Positions 27,388-32,000 of a stretch of 32,000 nucleotides of DNA are shown here, piece after piece. The notes under the pieces are model-generated. The model was not told where the DNA came from, did no database searches, and was given only the letters and a program-made list of their open reading frames with translations. The number at the start of each line of letters is the position of its first letter. Within the stretch, counting starts at the first letter, position 1. Both the position numbers and the translations under genes were made by a program. This stretch comes from Candidatus Saccharimonas sp. (GTDB taxonomy: Bacteria; Patescibacteriota; Saccharimonadia; Saccharimonadales; Saccharimonadaceae). Where the stretch lies: the NCBI GenBank assembly GCA_015256915.3, contig CP076101.2, positions 605,740 to 637,739 on the forward strand, in the 5' to 3' direction.

Positions 27388-27416
27388 TTGACAAAAATAG
27401 AAAAATTTGTTATAGT
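27388..27416 (+). promoter_or_regulatory. near-consensus sigma70 promoter for the 27472 orphan gene
   Basis: TTGACA-17 nt-TATAGT (preceded by TGT). The leader is about 49 nt, with hairpin TATTCC-5 nt-GGAATA (27426-27442) and an AGGAGG SD (27458-27463) 8 nt before the ATG. Confidence 0.6.
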
Positions 27417-27471
27417 TCTAACGTATATTCCTTTATGGAATAAGAAATTTTTATACTAGGAGGGCTCTAAT

Positions 27472-27912
27472 ATGAGCAACTTAAAAAATTTAGTCAAAAG
27501 CGATATCGCAATTTTCGAAAATGCTGTAAAATTAGCTCACGGCAATGAAGAAATCGCACGAAAAAACCTTAGCGAAAAAATAATAGGTTTCGCTAAATTA
27601 ATTCGAAATAGATTTAACCCCTCTAAGCTAGAAGAAAGCGAACTGGTCAACCTACAAAAAGTTGATACAACTGGAGGGTTTGGAATTGAGGAAGAAATAA
27701 TTTTCCTGACCAACACAAATAATTGCTTTGGCGTAAATAGCCGCGGCGAAATCTATAGCTTCTCGGTTAAATCTGGGAATAAGTATGGTTTTCGTCGACT
27801 AGATTTAAATGAAATTTTAAATCTTCCGAAAAAAGAAATCGGCTATCTACATCATGAATTTTGCCAAGCTGCGAAAGAAGTTTTTAAAAATCGCTATGTT
27901 AGATCCATATAG
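27472..27912 (+). CDS. hypothetical protein (146 aa, soluble), no recognisable family
   Basis: The ORF has a strong promoter, a perfect SD and its own terminator. It is inserted on the opposite strand between ruvA and ruvB. Confidence 0.6.
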   Translation: MSNLKNLVKSDIAIFENAVKLAHGNEEIARKNLSEKIIGFAKLIRNRFNPSKLEESELVNLQKVDTTGGFGIEEEIIFLTNTNNCFGVNSRGEIYSFSVKSGNKYGFRRLDLNEILNLPKKEIGYLHHEFCQAAKEVFKNRYVRSI

Positions 27913-27924
27913 CATAAAATAAAA

Positions 27925-27953
27925 GTCGCACAAAATGTGCGGCTTCTTTTTTT
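27925..27953. terminator. bidirectional hairpin terminator (orphan gene / ruvA)
   Basis: GTCGCACA-aaa-TGTGCGGC (8 bp including one G.U) followed by TTCTTTTTTT. An A/T run on the other side serves ruvA. Confidence 0.55.
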
Positions 27954-27959
27954 AAAAAT

Positions 27960-28535
27960 TTAAATTCCAGCTTTCAATGCCAAAGTAATGCGTTCTTCCG
28001 TTGGTAAATCACGCGGGATTTGCTCTAATGCCTTCGTTGCATCATTCAAGTTAAATCCAAGCGCAATAAGCGCCTCTAAAGCCTCATCTGAAGCTAAGCT
28101 AATATTAGTACCAACACTATTATGCTTCGAAATCGCCATTCCAACCTTATCTTTTAAATCTAAAATCACACGCTCGGCTGATTTCTTACCAACTCCAGAT
28201 GCTTTTTGGATAAATTTTGCATCTTCGCAAGCAATTGAATTTCGAACATCTTCAGTCTCGCCTAAGCTCATAATTGCAACTCCAGCCCTTGGGCCAATTC
28301 CTTGAACAGTAATTAAAAGTTCAAAAAGCTTTTTAGCTGCCAAACTTGAAAAACCAAAAAGTTCTTGACTTCTATCAGTAATATTATGATATGTGTAAAA
28401 TTTAATATCATCACCTAGAACTGCTCGTTCGAACTCATTTATAGGAACGATAACTTCATATCCAACACCAGCAACATCCACAATCACGCTACCAGCAAAT
28501 TTTTCAACAATTTTTCCAGAAATATGTGCAATCAT
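27960..28535 (-). CDS. ruvA: Holliday junction DNA helicase subunit RuvA
   Basis: MIAHISGKIVEK...GVGYEV..., then the HhH region LITVQGIGPRAGVAIMS...KASGVGKKSAERVILDLKDK, and a C-terminal domain III. Confidence 0.9.
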   Translation of the reverse strand: MIAHISGKIVEKFAGSVIVDVAGVGYEVIVPINEFERAVLGDDIKFYTYHNITDRSQELFGFSSLAAKKLFELLITVQGIGPRAGVAIMSLGETEDVRNSIACEDAKFIQKASGVGKKSAERVILDLKDKVGMAISKHNSVGTNISLASDEALEALIALGFNLNDATKALEQIPRDLPTEERITLALKAGI

Positions 28536-28565
28536 TAAATTATTTTACCATAAACTCTTTAAGTT

Positions 28566-29051
28566 TTAAATACGCGTCATATAAAAATGCGTAATTGCAG
28601 CAGCAAGTGCATCAGCTGCATCATCTGGCTTCGGAATTTCAGCCAAATTCAAATTCGAACGCACCATTTCCTGCATTTGCTTTTTATTTGCTCCGCCATA
28701 ACCTGTTAAAGTCTGTTTAATCTGATTTGGAGTGTATTCTGCAATTGGAATTTTTGATTGTTGAGCTACTAAAATAGCTACACCACGAGCCTGAGCAACC
28801 GAAATAGCTGTTGTTACATTTTTCGAAAAAAATAGTTTTTCAATTGAAACCTCATCTGGAGTAGTTTCTGCAATAATCTCTTTCAAGCCATTATAAATTT
28901 CTTCAAGCCGAATTTCAATTGGTGTATGAGCCGGAGTTGAAATAACACCACCAGTTACCATTTTTAAGGGCTTACCAATCTGGCAATCTACAACGCCAAA
29001 CCCTAAAATTCCAGTTCCAGGGTCAATTCCTAGAATTCGCCGCTTTTTCAT
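28566..29051 (-). CDS. ruvC: crossover junction endodeoxyribonuclease RuvC
   Basis: ILGIDPGTGILGFGV (catalytic D), EVSIEKLFF (E), and the C-terminal PDDAADALAAAITH (D/D) are present. Confidence 0.9.
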   Translation of the reverse strand: MKKRRILGIDPGTGILGFGVVDCQIGKPLKMVTGGVISTPAHTPIEIRLEEIYNGLKEIIAETTPDEVSIEKLFFSKNVTTAISVAQARGVAILVAQQSKIPIAEYTPNQIKQTLTGYGGANKKQMQEMVRSNLNLAEIPKPDDAADALAAAITHFYMTRI

Positions 29052-30511
29052 TTTTTACCTTTTGAAAATTTCGCAAAAATATCTTTTCGAAATTCGAAAA
29101 ATAAAATTGCTAAAAATACTAAAATCACAACAGCGATAATCCACCAACCCGTGAATTCGGCCTGCTTAGATTTTTCTTCATCTTTTTTTACATCATCGCT
29201 AGCACCGCTATTTTTTACAACTTTTCTGCAACGGTTCGTCTCTTCATTTCTCTCATATCCATCTTTACAATGCGCTAATTCTTTTTTAACTTCATTACTG
29301 TTTTTTCTACAACGATTTGTTTCAGGATTTCGTGTATAACCTGGGGCACATAAAACATCTTTTTTAGAAACTATTGTACTTGAAATTTTTCGACACCTGT
29401 TAGTCTCTAAATTACGCTCATAACCTTCACGGCATTCTAATATAGCTTTTTCTACCAAAATTTTATTGCATCGATTTGTTTCAAGATTTAAGAAATAACC
29501 ATTTTCACATTTTTTTTCTTGATTTTCTTCTTTGATCTTATTACAGCGATCAGTTTCTTCGTTTAAAAAATATCCTGCTTGGCAAGTTTTTTTATTTTTT
29601 TCACAATGATTTTCAGCATTCAAAAAGAACCCATCTTCACAAACTTGAAGAATATTTTCACTATTTTTTGTTATTTTAAAGCTTTGTTTCCATTCTTTTC
29701 CATCAAAAATCCAGCTTAAATTTTTCTTTGATCCCTTTAATTCAACACTTTGAATTTCTTGGTTTTTTGAATTTAAAAGAATAATTTTATTGTTGCCAGT
29801 TTTCGAAAATTTAAAACTATTTTCACTATTAAAATTAATTATTAAAAAATCATTCGGTAAAATCTCTATATCTTTGAAGTCTATTTTTTGTGGATCTTTA
29901 TTATTTCCCGTATAAATTTCAATCCCACATTTCTTAAGTGAAATTTTCTGATTTTTAGTATTTTTTAACTCTAAAAACTGCTCATTCGAATTAATTAAAA
30001 CTTCACTAATTTGTAGATTTTCACAAAAATCTTCTTCAATTTCAGCCAATCCACCATGTTTAAAATTCACTTTTTTTTGCGAAATTTCAAAAATATCTTT
30101 ATTAAAATTACGAATTAGAATATCATCTTTAGTAATTTCTGGTGCATTTTTTTCTTCACACTTCATATTTTCTGCACACAAAAAATCAACTTTTTTGCCA
30201 TCAATTTTAAGCTCAATCTGTTCACTTAATAAATCTTGGCTCAAGATTTGTCCATCGCCATCTTTTTCGCTAAATAATATTTGTGATTTTTTTAAAAAAA
30301 TTCCGTTTGAAATTTCGCCAATATTTTGACTATTCTGGATAATTTCAATTTTCGAAAACTGGAAATCTTCACCAAAATTTGAGATTTCAAGCATTGAATT
30401 TGAAACTTTTGAAATTAAAATATTTTGCGTATTTAAAGCTTGAGTTTTATTTAAAAATCCCAAAAAAAGTGTGAGCAAAATACTCAAAAAAATAATTCTA
30501 AAAATCTTCAT
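29048..30511 (-). CDS. secreted, C-terminally anchored surface protein: lamin-tail-domain-like modules + six Cys-pair repeats
   Basis: It has a signal peptide (MKIFRIIFLSILLTLFLGFLNKTQA). An LTD-like block reads LQISEVLINSNEQFLELKNT...ILPNDFLIINFN...NKIILLNSKNQEIQSVEL. Six C-x2-G-(Y/F)-x2-N-x-E-(T/N)-x-(R/H)-C units follow, then a C-terminal TM. Confidence 0.7.
   Translation of the reverse strand: MKIFRIIFLSILLTLFLGFLNKTQALNTQNILISKVSNSMLEISNFGEDFQFSKIEIIQNSQNIGEISNGIFLKKSQILFSEKDGDGQILSQDLLSEQIELKIDGKKVDFLCAENMKCEEKNAPEITKDDILIRNFNKDIFEISQKKVNFKHGGLAEIEEDFCENLQISEVLINSNEQFLELKNTKNQKISLKKCGIEIYTGNNKDPQKIDFKDIEILPNDFLIINFNSENSFKFSKTGNNKIILLNSKNQEIQSVELKGSKKNLSWIFDGKEWKQSFKITKNSENILQVCEDGFFLNAENHCEKNKKTCQAGYFLNEETDRCNKIKEENQEKKCENGYFLNLETNRCNKILVEKAILECREGYERNLETNRCRKISSTIVSKKDVLCAPGYTRNPETNRCRKNSNEVKKELAHCKDGYERNEETNRCRKVVKNSGASDDVKKDEEKSKQAEFTGWWIIAVVILVFLAILFFEFRKDIFAKFSKGKK
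29225..29641 (-). repeat. six tandem Cys-pair peptide repeats (aa 291-429)
   Basis: The units are CEDGFFLNAENHC, CQAGYFLNEETDRC, CENGYFLNLETNRC, CREGYERNLETNRC, CAPGYTRNPETNRC and CKDGYERNEETNRC. They are conserved at the protein level and diverged at the DNA level. Confidence 0.8.
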
Positions 30512-31496
30512 TTAAAAACTTTCCTTTTATTAAAATTACAACTTCAAAAATAGCTAAGAGCATTAAATTTAAAACAAAATTATTATTTTCAGTTTTCAAA
30601 AATCCAGTGTTTGGTGCTAAAATTAGCCCCTGATTCTTTAGATTATCTAATTTATTATTTAATTTAGTATTTTTTTCTGGCTGTTCCGGTTGCTTATCTT
30701 GGATAAAAACTATATTTTTCTCATTTTTTAAATTCTCTGAATCTTTAAAAATACTTTTTTCTTCATTTATATTAGCTTTATTTTCTTCTTTTCCCTTTTC
30801 AGAGTCCTCATTTTCAGGATTTAAAACTTTTTTGCCTTCAGCTTTATCTTCTCTTTTAGGAGCTTCAGGATTTTTTTCTAATTCATCTTTTTTATCGTTT
30901 AATTTTTCTGTTTTTTCAAGCTTCAATCCACCAAATCTTGGTGAATAATTATCAAGATTTCGTAAACCGAAATTATAATTATTTCTATCTTCAATAGGGG
31001 TCATCTTATCACCATTTTTTAATATCTCAGCTTTCGAAATAGCAATTTTCTCAACACCCTTATTACTAGGTTTTAAATCAGTTGAATTTTTAACAAAACC
31101 CTTAATACATCTCTTTTCATCAGAACAAATATAATCTTTCAATTCACCATCAATATAAAGCCCTAAAATAGGCTTCTGACCGATAGTATCGATATTTCGA
31201 AATTCTTCCTTAAATTTTACATCAGAATTCTGAGCATTTTGCGCAAAAGTTATATATTCTTGTGATTTAAAAATTCCATTTTGGACTTTCGCAATTTCAA
31301 TTTGTTTTTGATTATTTTTAAGCGAAATTTCTTTAAATTTATAATCTTCACCACTATTAAAAAGTTCAACAAACTCCTTCGAATCGGTAGCATAAACTCG
31401 CGATATATAGATCTTTTTATCTTCCGCAAAAGTATTTTTCGAAAAAATAAGAGCGATAAAAAAAGCGAAAAAACCAATAATTAAACTTTTTCTCAC
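30498..31496 (-). CDS. secreted surface protein, paralog of the 29048..30511 N-terminal module, with K/E-rich region and C-terminal anchor
   Basis: It shares IYISRV...ELFNSGEDYKF...NGIF...YIDGELKDYICSDEKRC with ILISKV...EISNFGEDFQF...NGIF...KIDGKKVDFLCAENMKC. The start is set at GTG 31496, with an AAGGAGG SD 5 nt upstream; the tracked ORF starts at a TTG at 31523. Confidence 0.65.
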   Translation of the reverse strand: MRKSLIIGFFAFFIALIFSKNTFAEDKKIYISRVYATDSKEFVELFNSGEDYKFKEISLKNNQKQIEIAKVQNGIFKSQEYITFAQNAQNSDVKFKEEFRNIDTIGQKPILGLYIDGELKDYICSDEKRCIKGFVKNSTDLKPSNKGVEKIAISKAEILKNGDKMTPIEDRNNYNFGLRNLDNYSPRFGGLKLEKTEKLNDKKDELEKNPEAPKREDKAEGKKVLNPENEDSEKGKEENKANINEEKSIFKDSENLKNEKNIVFIQDKQPEQPEKNTKLNNKLDNLKNQGLILAPNTGFLKTENNNFVLNLMLLAIFEVVILIKGKFLNEDF

Positions 31497-31526
31497 TCCC
31501 TCCTCCTTTCCTAAAATATCCAAAAT

Positions 31527-31555
31527 ATTTTAGCATAAACGAAATGCAAAATCAA
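31527..31555 (-). promoter_or_regulatory. sigma70-type promoter for the LTD-LTD-ruvC-ruvA operon
   Basis: Minus strand reads TTGATT-17 nt-TAAAAT (preceded by TGC). The leader carries a strong SD. Confidence 0.5.
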
Positions 31556-31568
31556 GAAAAAAATAAAA

Positions 31569-31585
31569 TCACTCGCTTGGAGTGA
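31569..31585 (-). terminator. rho-independent terminator after rpmH
   Basis: Minus strand reads TCACTC-caagc-GAGTGA followed by TTTTATTTTTTT. Confidence 0.5.
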
Positions 31586-31593
31586 GATTATTT

Positions 31594-31731
31594 TTAGACT
31601 GTAAGTCGTTTTCGGCCTTTTAGTCGGCGTCGTTTTAGAACTTTAATTCCAGCCTTTGAAGACATCTTATTTCGAAAACCATGAGTTTTCGCACGATGTC
31701 GTTTATGTGGTTGATGTGTTCTTTTTGGCAT
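31594..31731 (-). CDS. rpmH: 50S ribosomal protein L34
   Basis: Too short for the ORF track. My translation is [45 protein letters not shown] (45 aa), matching the L34 pattern M.KRT.QP..R.R...HGFR.RM.......VL..RR.KGRK.L(T/S)V. Confidence 0.9.
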   Translation of the reverse strand: MPKRTHQPHKRHRAKTHGFRNKMSSKAGIKVLKRRRLKGRKRLTV

Positions 31732-31740
31732 ATCTATCCT

Positions 31741-31746
31741 ATTTTA
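31741..31746 (-). promoter_or_regulatory. -10 box (TAAAAT), near-leaderless, for rpmH
   Basis: Minus strand reads TAAAAT, then 9 nt, then the ATG at 31731. Confidence 0.4.
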
Positions 31747-31848
31747 CAATTTAATATTAAAAAAATCAAGTTGATTACTTTTCATAAGCTTTTTAATCTG
31801 TTATTTAAACTTGAAATTTTACTAAATTCATTTTGTAGTATACCATAG

Positions 31849-31975
31849 TTTTCCACAAAAAACAAGGACTTTTCAACAGATATTACAGTAGTATTTAAGA
31901 AATGTGGAAAAATTCTTCTACTTTTCAAAAATTATAACATATTTTTTATTTCATTAAATTTTAGGTTGTGGAAAA
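31849..31975. other. cluster of DnaA boxes, probable edge of oriC
   Basis: TTTTCCACA occurs at 31849-31857 (forward) and as TGTGGAAAA at 31903-31911 and 31967-31975 (reverse). Each differs by one base from TTATCCACA. A weaker TTTTCAACA lies at 31870-31878. The position upstream of rpmH is the canonical rpmH|oriC|dnaA location. Confidence 0.55.
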
Positions 31976-32000
31976 CTCAAAAATGTTATAGAATAGAATT

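Noticed and set aside
31497-31523. The TTG start of the 341-aa ORF (MDILGKEEG)
   Set aside because: Those codons spell GGAAAGGAGGAGGGA, a strong SD for the GTG at 31496. The signal peptide starts right after that GTG.
31933-31990. The inverted 8-mers TATAACAT / ATGTTATA near the DnaA boxes
   Set aside because: An 8-bp AT-only match 50 bp apart in about 20% GC DNA is expected by chance. There is no supporting structure.
1-32000. TTCGAA excess as a by-product of amino-acid composition (many F, E, K, S, R)
   Set aside because: The word appears in all three codon phases. It uses the minority codons TCG, CGA and TTC. The equal-composition word ATCGAA/TTCGAT is not similarly enriched in my scan. 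A codon-preserving shuffle is still needed to quantify this.
1-32000. CRISPR arrays, transposases/integrases, prophage genes, tRNA/rRNA genes
   Set aside because: I found no spaced direct repeats, no IS-type terminal inverted repeats or recombinase motifs, and no GC-rich structured segments. All intergenic regions are under 180 bp and AT-rich.

Overview
This is a gene-dense, low-GC (roughly one third G+C, judged by eye) bacterial chromosome segment read with the standard genetic code. Gene content suggests a reduced-genome, Gram-positive-type lineage, possibly CPR/Saccharibacteria-like. That placement rests on type IV pilin, lamin-tail-domain and LGFP surface proteins and small housekeeping genes, and it is inference only. 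All homology calls are motif recognition from memory; no database search was run, and all counts are manual.

Layout:
- 1-11.9 kb: a cell-envelope glycopolymer locus. It holds a WbaP-type initiating transferase, a polytopic GT-C-like protein, a GT2+GT4 fusion, a GT2, a Wzm/Wzt-type ABC exporter, an LGFP-repeat wall protein and a GtrB/GtrA pair.
- 12-31.7 kb: an almost uniformly minus-strand housekeeping block. It contains jag, yidC, rnpA, a frameshifted DUF4352 gene, lepA split in two, murJ, ftsH, tilS, recX, recA, ruvB, ruvA, ruvC, two paralogous lamin-tail-domain surface proteins and rpmH.
- Plus-strand inserts interrupt that block: a catalytically degenerate PilB/GspE-like protein with a PRC-barrel-like protein, a lone type IV pilin, and an orphan gene between ruvA and ruvB.
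- The last 270 bp carry three TTTTCCACA DnaA boxes just upstream of rpmH, so this is probably the edge of oriC.

Most notable signals:
1. The palindrome TTCGAA (often TTTCGAAA) occurs about 97 times. That is about 10-fold over composition expectation. It is written in all three reading frames and is found only inside genes.
2. A G10 tract sits inside the -35/-10 spacer of a promoter whose downstream gene is also frameshifted in a T6 run.
3. lepA is split at a TAATG stop/start overlap with an internal Shine-Dalgarno sequence.
4. A PilB-like protein has lost every ATPase motif.
5. There is a pervasive leaderless promoter architecture.
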